Origin: the human T2T-CHM13v2.0 reference genome, Homo sapiens
Assembly: GCF_009914755.1 (NCBI RefSeq)
Contig: NC_060929.1
Strand: one strand, 5' to 3'
DNA: 64,000 nucleotides
Below the pieces are notes generated by a model. The model saw only the letters and a list, made by a program, of their open reading frames with translations, ran no database searches and had not been told where the DNA came from. Positions 43,996-57,465 of this stretch are shown one piece after another. Within the stretch, counting starts at the first letter, position 1, and each line of letters opens with the position of its first letter. The position numbers and the translations under genes are program-made.

Positions 43996-45744
43996 TCAGG
44001 TCCCACATGCATTATCCCACGTAACCCTCAGAACTCCGAGAGACAGATGTTGTTACAATTCCCCTTTGACAGAAAAGGAAACTCAAAAGATTAAAGGTAG
44101 ACTTTATGCAAGCAGGGATTCCCCTGTCCTCTTTTTATGCCCAATGTGTGCAGTTATCTCTGACACACTGTAGGTGCTCAGTTAATAATTAGTGAATAAA
44201 ATATCTCAGCCCAAGCTTTATGAGGAGGATAGCATAGGCTAAGAGCCCAGGCCACACTACATAGAACTAGATGCCTGGCTGGATTACTTAATGAGCTGTG
44301 TGACCTTGAGAAAATTATGCAACCTTTCTGTGCCTTAGTCTTCTCATCTGAAAAATGAGGATACAATACCACCTACCTCATAGGGCTGTTGTAAGGTTTG
44401 CAAGAGCAAATCCATGTACAGTGCCAAGAACAGTGCCTGGCACAATCAGTGCCTAGTAAATGGAAGTGAGAAGTATTACCCCACACTGTGTCCCAAGAGG
44501 GGCGGCAGACAGGTGAGGTTAATTAAAGTGCCCTAGGAGAAGTGTCTTGAAGAGCTGTGATCAGACAGCGTAGCGGCTCAACATTGCCTGAGGACTTCTG
44601 GGGAGACTTTGGGGAGGAGGAGATAGTTGAGCTGAGTCTAGGGTGAGCAGGGACTTGACAGGCTGAGGAGTGGGAACTGGCATTCTAGGCAGAGACCAGC
44701 AGCTGCAAGATCATGGGGGTGGGGAAAACTGGGGTACCTGGAGCTTGGAGGGCCAGGGTTGGGGCTGAAAAGGGAATGGAGGTTAAATCCAAAAATGCCT
44801 TGTCTGCTCTGGCAGACAAGAGATGAGCCCTCATCCTGTAGGTGTGGTGGCTCGTTCATCAGGGAGGCAGTGTGACCAAGCTGGCTTGTTGGAGAGTCTA
44901 GGGCGGACTGGAAGCCTAGAGGCTGGAGGCCCAGGAGCAGTGAGGCTGCTGCACCCAGGGGAGAGGTGATGGTGGTCTGGCCAGGGGGCTTATGATGAAT
45001 ATGGGGGCAGGGGGAGATAAATAAGCTGTGTCAGAGGCAGAAGCTGCCAGAGCTGGTGTCTGCCTAGGCATGGCTCTGGGGGAAAAGTGGAGGCAGGGGT
45101 CGCTGCAGAGTCAGGCCCCAGATGCGGTGGGCAGCGCTGCCTCCTGCCACGGCTGAGGCTGGTCAGGGGCATGGTGAGGTCAAGATGCCCATGATATAAC
45201 TTGGTGCCTTTTCTCGACTTACCTCTTACCAACTGGGGAACCTTGGGGAAGTCACTTCACCTCTCAGAGCCTCACTTTCTCCATCAGCAAAATGGGGATA
45301 ATAATTCTACTTCGTATGATTGTGACGATAGTGTGCACTACGTTCCCAATAACTCTTAGCATCTGTTGTTATTGTTACGACTCCTGCCACTGTGATTAGA
45401 TGGAGGGAGGGTGGTGGGGCAGCGGTCGCTGTGACTGTAGTCCCGGCACATCTTTGCCAGAGTCGCCAACTCTGTGCTCTATTTTGAATTCTTCCTCTCT
45501 TCTGTCTTGGATCTCACAAGCCTGAAGAGGAATCTTGGGTGCATCTTCATGGGTGCCAGCCCAAACCCTGATTCTCCTCAAGGTTAAGGTGCTTTTGTTG
45601 GGCACATGTGTGGGGTGGCGGGGTTGAGGAGAGGGAAGAGAACAGGAGGAGACATGCAGGTGCTTCCGTGCACCACTACACCTGCACACGGCACGGTTTG
45701 GGCCAGGTTGCCGTCTGTCTGCTTGTGGATGTCTGGGGGGAGGC

Positions 45745-46173
45745 TGTGTGTGTGTATGTGTGTATGTCTGTGTGTGTGTGTCTTTCTCAGTGTGTGTGTC
45801 TCTGTATGTGTGTAACTATATGTGTGTGTCTGTATGTCTCTGTGTGTGTAACTGTGTGTGTGTCTGTGTGTGTGTAACTGTGTGTGTGTCTGTGTTTCTC
45901 TCTGTGTGTGTCTCTGTGTGTGTGTTTCTCTCTCAGTGAGTGTGTGTGTGAATATCTGTGTCTCTGTCTGTGTAACTGTGTGTGTCTTTTTGTGTGTGTT
46001 TGTCTCTGTGTGTGTCTCTGTGTCTGTGTGTGTGTCTGTGTCTCTGTGTGTGTACCTTTCTCTCAGTGTGTGTGTCTCTGTGTGTGTGTGTAACTGTGTG
46101 TGTGAGTGTGTCTCTTTGTGTGTGTCTGTGTGTGTGTGTGTGTGTGTATGAGTGTCTGTGTGTCTGTCTCTCT
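45745..46173. repeat. Compound (TG)/(TC) low-complexity tract (~430 bp)
   Basis: TG runs interrupted by tctc and recurring gtaact and tctcagtg motifs. Confidence 0.93.
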
Positions 46174-48529
46174 GGTCTTAATTCAACTCAACACTGCAGG
46201 TCAGGAAATGTTTCTGATCCCCACTTTGTATGAGTCACTACTGGGCACAGAGAAAAGGGTGCGACTCGCTTGCTGCCCGAGGCCTTCCCAGCAGAAGGTG
46301 GCTGGTAGGCGAGAGGGGTGATGGGGATGCAGTGTGCTCCTATGGAGGAGGAACTGGAGCAGGCCCCAGCTACACAGCAGGGATGGATTAGGGGTTCAGG
46401 GCTGGAGCTGAATGCTGAGGAGATGTTCTCCTTGCTGAGGAAAGGCACACAGGGGCTCCAGGCCTGGCCCAAGGCCCAGAGAAGCAACTGCAGGAGCTGT
46501 CAGGGTGCTGGGGCTGGAGGGGACAGTGTGAACCAGTGGGGAGAGGTACATGAGACTGGAGGGTGGTTGAGGGGGTGCAGGCTGAGCAAAGATGTTACCC
46601 CGACAGCACCAGGGCTGCCTCTGTGGGGAGCTACTGTCTTGGGCAGGACAAGGGTGATATTGGCCTCCAAAGCCCTAGGGGGCTGGACCCTGCTTTCCTT
46701 CCAGCCTCACCTCAGCGTTCTCTCCTTGTCCCCTTCGTCACAGCCAGACTGCTTCTTCCAGGCCCTCTGGAACCTCGAGCTCCTCTTCCTTGTAGGATCT
46801 CTGGGCGTCCTAGAATGCTGCAATGCTCTGGCCCGGGGTTGCCTGGAGCCCAGTCCCCTCTCGCTTCCAGGACCACCCCGTCAAAGGGCCCCCCTCGTGT
46901 GCTCTGTTCAGACCACATTCAGTGCTTGGTTTGTGGTTATTTCTTTGGTGAATTGCTCATTGAATGTCTCACTCTCTCCCTCCTGTGAACTCCTTGAGGC
47001 AATGGCTGTGCACAGCATCCGGCTCACAGTAGGCCCTTTAGTAGACTCTCAGTGAGCGGACGATGAGTGGCTGAGTGAGTGGATGAGGGGAGACGGGTGC
47101 AGAGAGGGTGATTCCGTGGTGAGGACTGTGCCTGTAATGAAACCCTCCAATGTAGCGCTGGAGAACTAGCGAGCTGTTTATCGCGAGGCTCAGGTTGTTA
47201 AATTCAAGAAGTGAAACCAAGGGCTTTAGAACGTCTCTGAGGATGGAGGTTATATAAACCGAGTCAATAAATATTGATGTGGAGTCCGGCTTTCATGTTC
47301 AGAGGTGCTTTGTGGGGAGGTGGGAGTTTCTCTCCCCGACCCTCTTAGGCTCACCCGGCATGGCGGGAGCTTTGTTGCAGGGATCAGGCACGTAGGCCCC
47401 TGAATTTCACAAATCCACCAGAAAGGGAGGCCGGGGAGGCTGGGTCCAGCAGGATGCCTCGCAGAACTGAAACCTGCCTGTAGGAAATCTCGCCCTGGAA
47501 CCAAACCAGGACTCTCCAGCTCCCGCCCCACCCCAGCAACCATTGACAACTGCATCATCCAGAATCCAGAAAGCTCACCAGTGGAACTCGCCGGCCTGAG
47601 CCGGCCCTTCCTCCTCTTGTCTCGCAGTGCTGTGCTCACCTCTTATGCCATCTTAGGCCATTGACTCCACCCCACTGCCCCGTCTGGCCTCAGCACCTGG
47701 GACACGCCCTACTACATCAGCCTTCCCACTGGCCCCCTTGCCTTCAGCCATCCCCCTGCAAACATGCCTCCTGTTGCCCCCAGAGACATCACTCCAAAAC
47801 ATAATTCTCACCTTGTCGCTTCCCTGCTTAGAACTGTCACTGGCTCCCTGTTGTCCTTGAGATCAAGTCCAAGTGTAATCTGTTCTTTGCCCCCTGCCCA
47901 GGCCCCCAGGCTTCCCCATCACTCACACCCCTTGGGCCAGCCATGCCAAGGCCTGTGATGCCTCTAGAACAGCCTGTGTGCTCTCCACGTTCTTTCCAGG
48001 GCTGATGCCATTTCCTCTGCTCAGAGCCTTCTTCCCCTCATCCTAATGTTCTTCCATGAAGTCACTTATGATGTCACATCCCCCAGGAGGACGTCCCTGA
48101 TGCCCCCGCCCCCAGGTTGATTAGGTCCAGCAGCCCCCTGTGCTGATGGCCTCAGTCATGGTGTCACCTCTGCGTTGCAAGTGTCTACACCCATCAGTCC
48201 ATCTCTTCCTCCCCCTGTAGACTGTGAGGTCTCAAGAAAGAGCCTGTGCCTGATTCACCACAACGTACTCTCTGACCTCCCCAGACTCTTAGGGAATGAT
48301 TGGCCTTCAGTTGCAGAAGTTACCAAAATTCAGGACAGGGAGGCAAACTCTCCTTCAGCTAAGACAGCCTCCATTGAGCCTAATTCTGGGGTCATGGAGC
48401 ATGTGGGGTGGCCTGGCAGAAGTTAGCCCTGCTTGGGCAGAATCCCATGGGCTGGGCTGCACCCGTAGCAACCAGTCAGCATTAGACCCTTGACTCTGAC
48501 AGTCACGGAGGACACCCCAGCAAGTGTCA

Positions 48530-48885
48530 GCACACAGGACTGCTTGCATGTGGGGAACCACGTGGGGGCTTCGAAACATGCTGAGGCCTGGACTGCACCC
48601 CCAGAGATTCTGGTGTAGTTGGTTTGAGATAGGGCTAGAGCTCCAGGATCATTTGAAACGTTTGAATCCCAGGGGATTCTAACATGTGCAGCTGCTTGAG
48701 AACCACTCACAGCTAGTCCTACTAGAGCAGCGCTTCTCTTCCTGGTTACACACGGTAATTACCTGGACAGCCTTGTCCTGGACCCATGGAATTAGAATCC
48801 ATGGGGGTGGTGACAACCTAGGCATCAGCATTTCCGAGCTCCTCAGCTGCTTCTAATGTGAAGCAGGGTTTGAAACCACTACCTC
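48530..48885. mobile_element. Tandem MER5-like hAT relics
   Basis: ccccagagattctggtgtagttgg ... gattctaacatgtgcagctgcttgagaaccact; second copy ends gggtttgaaaccact. Confidence 0.65.
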
Positions 48886-49564
48886 CAACGTACCTCCCTC
48901 CCTCCCTTTTCTTTTTCCAGAAGCATTTGCTGGAGGCCTGCTCTGTGCTCGTGCTCTCTAGCCCTGGTGGTGCTTTGGTGAATCAGCCCCTGCAGTTCCT
49001 ATTTGGGATTTCTTAACTCAGGGGACGTTAGCAGTGGAAGAGCTCACCCTGTAAAGGGAACCTGTCCCACAGGCAGGCTTGCTGGGTCCTGCACCAGCTC
49101 CTAGTGCCCCTTTACTAACCTGCTGTTGGCCAGGGGCCTTATCCAGCCCTGTCTGGGCACGTCCATACCCATGTTGGGAGGTCTTGCCCAGCTCCTGAGT
49201 CTCTCAAGAGGCCTGGGACTCTGCCTAGGCAAGGTTTGGGGTTGCACATGGTCATTGGGATGGGAAGCTTTCCAGCAGCTCCCTCAGACCCTGCATCAGG
49301 CTGGAGGCAATGGCAGGCTGGGGCTGAGGCTCTGAACTCCCTCCTGAGCATGCACGAGCTCGACAGCTGCACTGTAGTCTGTGGATGAGCCTGCGACTAT
49401 AGGCAACTCTCTTGGCTGGGCCCAGGTGTGTTCTCTTTGAGGGGAGGGGATGCCAGCAGGATTTTAATATCCCTTTAACAGAAAGGGTCACCACTTAGGA
49501 AATTGGCTCCCTGTCCCTAGGGCAGAGCTGCAGGTGCCAGGATGCTGCCTGAACTCTGGGCATT

Positions 49565-50020
49565 TATTTTTAAAAACTAAGAGAAAACTCGTGTAACATA
49601 AACATAATGACTTTAAAGTGAGCAGTGCAGTGGCATTTAGTGCATCCATAATGTTGTGCAACCATCACCTCTGTCTAGTTTCAAAATGTTTTCATCACAC
49701 CAAAAGGAAACCCTATACCCCTTATCAGTCATTCCCCATTCCCCCAGACCCCCTAGTCCTAGCGGGCTCCAGTCTGCACCTGCCTCTGTGCATTTCCTCA
49801 TTCTGGGAGTCTCATCAGATGGAATCACATGACATGTGGCCATTGGCGTCTGGGTTCTTTGGCTCAGCATCACGTTTGAAGGGCCGTCTGCATCTGCAGC
49901 TGGTCCTTCATTCCCTTTCATGGCTGAATAACATTCCGCTGCATGGATAGACCACAATTTGTTTATTCATTCATCAGCAGATGGAAATTTGGGCTGTTTC
50001 TACCTTTTGGCTATTGGGAA
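49565..50020 (-). mobile_element. L1MB-like 3' end
   Basis: cagtggcatttagtgcatccataatgttgtgcaaccatcacc ... atggctgaataacattcc ... ttgggctgtttctaccttttggctattg. Confidence 0.8.
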
Positions 50021-51032
50021 ATCTGAGCATTTAAAATTTTTTTATATCTCTACTCCAAACACATGTTGATCATGTGTTCCTAGGTCCTCAGCATTTGTGA
50101 GTCGTGGTCTTGGGTGGCCTCCTTTCCTGTACTATTCAAATAGGAGTTTCCTAGGGTGCATATGTGTCTTCATGGTATCTCTTGCTTTAAGTCCAACTTC
50201 TCTTGATTTCTCCACCTCAGCTCCACCTCTTGCCTGTGTGATACCGGACTGATCTCTGCACCATCTCATCCCATACTGTTATCACTCCAATCCAGGGCAG
50301 GAGGCTGATAAGCATGCAACAGGCTTCAACTTCTGGCTTGGGGTAATGGAGAGAATGGACAGCACATGGTGTCAACAGTAGCTTAAAATTGAATGTTACA
50401 CAGTACTGTCCTAAAACTTCATATACACACTCATTAGGAATTGCTCATGGACGGTGTCTGCCCATGAGATTTGGACAGAATCCTCCCGACATCCATCTTC
50501 CTCTTTTCCTTTTCAAATTCCTCCCGTCCAGTATTTAAAACTGCCAACAGACAACTCCATATTTTTGGAGCAATGTAAACTCCTGTCTCCTCCTTTCCTT
50601 ATAAACATGCCCTGGGGTGGGAAAGAGATGGCATGGGCACTCCCAAAGTTAATTTTACTCTTTTTCTGAATCAAAAGGAACCTTTCCTCCATGAGAAGAA
50701 TCCTGCCATATTTCTAGGCCAACTGACTGAAAGGGACACCAGCTTTAAAAAATAACACACACACAAATTCTGCTTGTAATATTAGATGCCCCGGTATCAT
50801 GGGGACTTCCCTGCCCCCTTGTACATAGATGGTGGGATGGGGTCAGTGCAAGCCTAGAGGTGCCTCTGAAGTTAACCAATTACTGGTTTCAGATGAATCC
50901 TGATGGTGCCCCCACTTTGTTTGGTGTTGTATTATTTTTTTTAAAGGTTGCTTTCAGATAGTGGATAGGAACTGGGTTATATTTAAGCTGGAGACCACTG
51001 CAGGCTTTCGAGCAGAAAAGGGCCATGCTTTG

Positions 51033-51371
<339 letters not shown>

Positions 51372-51379
51372 CCTGCTTT

Positions 51380-51900
51380 GTTTTAGATTTTACAAAGCTC
51401 TCTCTGGTTGCTGTGTGCTGAATACACCCTAGAGGACAAGGAAGTCGTCACTAGTTAGAAGGCTGTTAGATGCTGTAGGTGAGAGATGATGATGGCTTCC
51501 ACCCGGTTGGACATGATTGAGGTGGTAAAAAGTGGTCAGATTATGGGTGTATTTGAAGGCAGAAATGATCGTTTCTTCTGGTAGATTGGATGTGGTGTTT
51601 GAGAAAAAGGGAGTCATGGATGACTTCAGGATATTTGGCCTGAGTGACTGCAAATGTGAAATTGACATATTCTGAGATGAAGAAGAATGCAGGTGGAGCA
51701 GGTTTGAGTTGGGAGGAGAGCAGGAATCCTGTTTGGGAATGTGTTGAAAGTGTGTATTAGATGTCCAAGTAGAGGCGAAAGAAGCAGTTGATGTCCGAGG
51801 TTGCAATGCACCAGTGCTGGGGCGCGGTGGGGATGTAAAGCAGGAAGCACTGGAAGTGACAGCTTAATGATCAACTCCCCCACATCCCACATAGTTATCA
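51380..51900 (-). mobile_element. L2 fragment
   Basis: agattggatgtgg ... ggatgacttcaggatatttggcctgag ... tattagatgtccaagtagagg. Confidence 0.7.
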
Positions 51901-51947
51901 GGAAAAGGAAAATGAGGGGGAAATCACATGTTAAATCAGAAAGGAGT

Positions 51948-52318
<371 letters not shown>

Positions 52319-52489
52319 TTATCCTGCAGAAGGGGGAAAGAGGCCCAAAGACTGCAAGTTAGTAACAAAGCCAAGACAGAGCCAGTTCCTTGGGCCTGTC
52401 CCCCTTTCTAGCACACCATGCTGCCTGCCAGTTCTAGGCTCTGAAAGCTGCATACGGGGACTGAAGGTGGGCAGACTGAGGCTGGATGA

Positions 52490-52633
<144 letters not shown>

Positions 52634-53982
52634 TGAGTAGTCCCAGGTCACTATCAAATTCAGTTAGAGGGTTGATCAATGTCTTCTCTTCACTGGTGTC
52701 CAAATTCTGGGTATGACGACCTCTCTACCGACTGTTTAAAATGGAATATGTGTTTGGCAAGGAGTTTCCAAGTTTTCTTGAGGGACTCAGTCTCCAGTAA
52801 GCAGTAGAGTTCCTCCCCCAAGATGGTGCTCTCCAGGGTCAGGAGGTGGTCCAGCTTGGACGGCACATCAGCAATGAGGGAAGCAGCTCACTACCTCTTG
52901 ACATGGACTGTTCCATTTTGGGAAAGCTCGGCTTGGTGCGGGTCTTCCTGGCTCAATGGCTGTTTGCTTACCCTTGCAGTGGCCTTCCAGAGGTGTGAAG
53001 GTAGGGCTGGTGCCTCTGAGGTTCTTTGAAGCTCTGTCTCCAAGTCTCCCCTTGACCCACACTCTGATTAAACTCCTTCTCTGAAAGAACGGAACCTGCT
53101 GCATGACCTCTGGGAGTTTTCTTGCCCCTCTGAACCTCGTTTTCTTGCCTGCAAAATGGGGGCTCATAATGCCTTTTCCCAGGATTTTTGGGAGGCCTTA
53201 AGGAGAGAATTTAAGTAAAATCAGTTAACAAAGGGCCTATTAGATAATGAACTCTCAACAAATGTTAGTTGCAATAAAGACAGAGTCTGTTTCAGAGTGA
53301 ACACAGCTGATAATATTTATAATTACCATTTGCTGAGTATCTCTAATACATCAGACCCTTTGCTAGATGTTTCCTTAAACATTATCTCAATTGAGCTGTA
53401 CAACCATTCTGAGAAATAGGGTTTCTTTGGCTCCCATTTCACATATGAGGAATTAAATGTAGAGAGTGTTTAGTTAAGAAGGTTGTCCAAGACATCACAA
53501 TAATTATGTTTTGATGTGGGGAGATCAAATAGGAAGTGTGCCAGCCTGAAAATGTGTATACTTCGGTTCTGCACTGCCTAGATTACACTCCAATCTGACC
53601 GCCTCTAGCTGGTTGACTCACCTATCACCTGGTTGCCTCTCTGGGCCACTGCTCACAGCCAATGACTGTTTATTTCCTCCATTATATACTTGCATCTCTT
53701 TTCTCTTATATCAAAAGTCTTGGCTCCTAACAACGTTCACGTAATGATGTATTTGCCTTATCCTACAATATACATAGAACAGTCACAAAATAGCACCAAT
53801 GTTACTACTAAGAGGTAATGAACCTGGAGACTACTGAACGAACGTGGAGGTTTCTCCGCAACTCCATGTGTCCTTAGAATACACTCCACCAAGGGTATAA
53901 TCTGACTTCCTAGACTTCCATGGAGGGGGTTCAGATCTGCCTTCCTAGATTACACTCCAAGTGGTCAGAAGCTGAGGTTCTG

Positions 53983-54191
53983 AGACCATCCTGACCAACG
54001 TGGAGAAACCCCGTCTCTACTAAAAATACAAAATTAGCCAGGCGTGGTGGCTCATGCCTGTAATCCCAGCTACTTGGGAGGCTGAGGCAGGAGAATCACT
54101 TTAACCTGGGAAGTGGAGGTTGTAGTGAGCCGAGGCCGCGCCATTGCACTCCAGCCTGGGGGGACAGAGCGAGACTCTGTCTCAAAAAAAA
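53983..54191 (+). mobile_element. AluSp-like, 5'-truncated
   Basis: ctgaccaacgtggagaaacccc (Sp-type); TSD agaagctgaggttctg at 53967-53982 and 54192-54207. Confidence 0.9.
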
Positions 54192-54800
54192 AGAAGCTGA
54201 GGTTCTGGAAGACTCAAAACAATGGGAACAGTAGGGGACAGTTGAATAAACTGTGACACATCCACCCAGTGGACGTCACTACAACTGGGAAAATGAGGAA
54301 GGCAGGCCTCCATACACGGAAAGAGAATGCTCATTAAGACAGTAAGGATGAGTGATGGAAGGAAGGTCCTGCCTATGTGTGGGCAAAGGGGAGGAGAGTG
54401 CTATTTGCTTATTGTTTTGGAAAGAAATTCAGGAAGGATACATTTTAAAAATTAATAAAAATGGTTCATCAGGAGGAAGGGATGGACGCAAGGCTTCTTC
54501 GGATCTATCTTCTTAAATATTTGTCCTTGAAATATGTAAATGTTTGACATATTTAAAAATAAATACATGAGAAAAAACAAGAGGTTCGTTGTTTAAAGAA
54601 CCTAGCTCTATATCAAGTTAAGGACATAAACGTGCAAAGAAAATAAATATTTCAACCGGTTGTAGATGACAGCATGTTCGCCTCACACCTTTGGTGGAGT
54701 GTATTCTAGGGACACATGGAGTTGCAGAGAAACCTCCAAGTTCGTCCGGTAGTCCCCAGGTTCATTGCCTCTTAGTAGTCATATTGGTGCTATTTTGTGA

Positions 54801-55175
<375 letters not shown>

Positions 55176-55576
55176 AAGACTTTTGATATAAGAGAAAAGA
55201 GATGCAAGTATAAAATACAGGAAATAAATAGTCATTGGCTGTGAACAACAGCCCAGAGAGGCAACAAGGGGACAGGTGAATCAGCCAGATAGAGGGAGTC
55301 TGTGGGGGTCTCTACAGCATCCACTACAGCCGGACAGTCAGTATGCAGAGAAGGCTGGCCTTGAATCAGTGTCAATATCAGGTTCAGGTCGTCTGGCTTC
55401 TTCTAAGTGGAGCTTTGCTGTTTGTGCTGGTGCTGGTGTTGGGAAGGCTGCTGCGTGCCAGGCCCAGGTCAGGAGCTGTCACCTGCCCTCTGGCTGACAG
55501 CCCGATGCAGCTGCACTCCAGTCAGGGTGGCTGTGTTGCTGGGCAGGTTGGGAGCAGTTTGCTGAATGACCCCTGA

Positions 55577-55789
<213 letters not shown>

Positions 55790-57465
55790 AGGCCTGCCCC
55801 AGCCAGAATGGGGGGCGGGGTGGAGAGGAGGACCCCCATTGGCTAAGCCAAGCTCCAGTTACAAGACAACACTGTACTCCTGGGATATGGGGGCGGGGGC
55901 GGGGCAGGGCAGGGTGGGGGGAAGAACGCACCAAAAACGTGGTGTGTGCTGGAGTTGTCTGAACCGATATTTCTTTTTGTTCCTTGGTATTGTTGATTCG
56001 TCGCCGAGTCAGGCTCATGTACAAAGGCATGTTTCGTGTTGATTGTTCCCATGTAAGATATTTTTAAAGCCACTGCTTATTCTTTGTTAGGAAAATGTAA
56101 CAGCAGAAAAGGAAAGAAACAAAGAACATGAACAAAAAGCATTAAACTGGCTCCATCAGAAGACGTTGAAGGGCAGTGAAGAGCACAGACTCTGTGGGCT
56201 TCTTAGATAAGAAAACGTAGCTTCAGTGGGGGCTCCAGGGTTGCAGAGTATGAGTGACACAGACCGGGACTATTCCATTAGCCTGTGGTCTGCAGGGTAG
56301 GCCCGCAGGAAATGAGGAATGGCCGAGCTGGAGAGAAGAGCTGATTTTGGCATTACTAAGCCCAGAACGCACATAACCCATAGTGAAATGTGCTGGCCTC
56401 TGGTGCATTTTGCAAGATGAGCACAAACTTTCTGGGCCTCCATCCTAGGACCTGGGCAGACCCACATGGCCTGGGCTCTGAATGCCCACCCTGCGACGGT
56501 GGGTTCTGCATCAGCAAACGCTGAGGAGTGGGCAGATTTTCTTTGTCTTTTGCTTGCATTTTCTAGATCCACACCTGGATACTGCCCATGTTGACGAGAC
56601 AGCAGCAGGGGGAGAGGGAGGGAAGGAAGGTGCGGCTGCAAGAAGGAAGGCACGGGACAGGCATGTGACACTAGGCCACAAGCGATAAGCACAGGCACCT
56701 GACTTTTAAGTTTTTGTTTGTTTGTTGTTTCCCAAAGTGCTGATAACAATAACAACAACAATAGGATTCCAACCAGGAGCCTCAAGTGACAGCCAGGAAG
56801 AGACCTGAAGGTTGGGGCCACCACAATGCCAAATCGTTTCTAAAGGAAGCTGAAAAATGGGACTGTCTTTTGCCCACTTCGTTGTGTTAAAAGGGGACAT
56901 TTGTCCAAACTCCCCAACCGAGTTCTAGAAGCTCCTGACAAGGAGGCAGCATCCAGCCTTGACCAGGCCTCCCAGTTCCCTGGAACCGTATCAGGCATTC
57001 GCCTGCCTCTCACAAATGTTTCAGGGAGGCCAGTTCTGCAGGGTGTCAGCTCCAGGACCCACAGGGCCAGAACCAGCTGGGAGAATTGGTTATTTGAGAT
57101 GTGGTACTGCTTCCTCACAAGTCTCCCACAGGCCATGTAAAGGGTATTTTTTTGTGGCTTGCTGTGTTGCTGAGATCATCGTATGCAACAGCTGGGTAAT
57201 AAGACTAGCATAGCTCAAACTATCCTGCCAAACGCTCTCATCTGATTTTTCCTCCCTTCTCCCCCAACCTCCAATCACCCTGAGTCACCTGTAAATTCAT
57301 TTGTCATTCAAAGCGGAATAACAAGTTGTCCCTAGCAAAACCGCTGAGCGCTTTATAATTTTGTGGTGTATTTTTGTCAGTAGGTAGCAGAGGCGGAAGT
57401 ATTTTTTGGTGTAATTCTTGAAATTTTCTGACAGGAAACAAATAAAGATAGATGTGTCTGAGAGT
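55790..57465 (+). other. NSG2: NSG2 3' UTR (~1.65 kb; exact end approximate)
   Basis: Sequence with no recognisable repeats between the stop codon and a canonical AATAAA; U-rich with TGTA motifs near the end. Confidence 0.85.
57441..57446 (+). terminator. Polyadenylation signal AATAAA
   Basis: Canonical hexamer, upstream TGTA (CFIm-type) motifs at ~57367 and ~57410, and T-rich sequence downstream. Confidence 0.85.

Noticed and set aside
45606-46233. Cys/Val-rich ORFs
   Set aside because: Translation of TG/TC repeats.
46318-47055. 245-aa ORF
   Set aside because: No recognisable domain, overlaps degenerate L2-like GC-rich intronic sequence, and has no splice or promoter support; likely a chance ORF.
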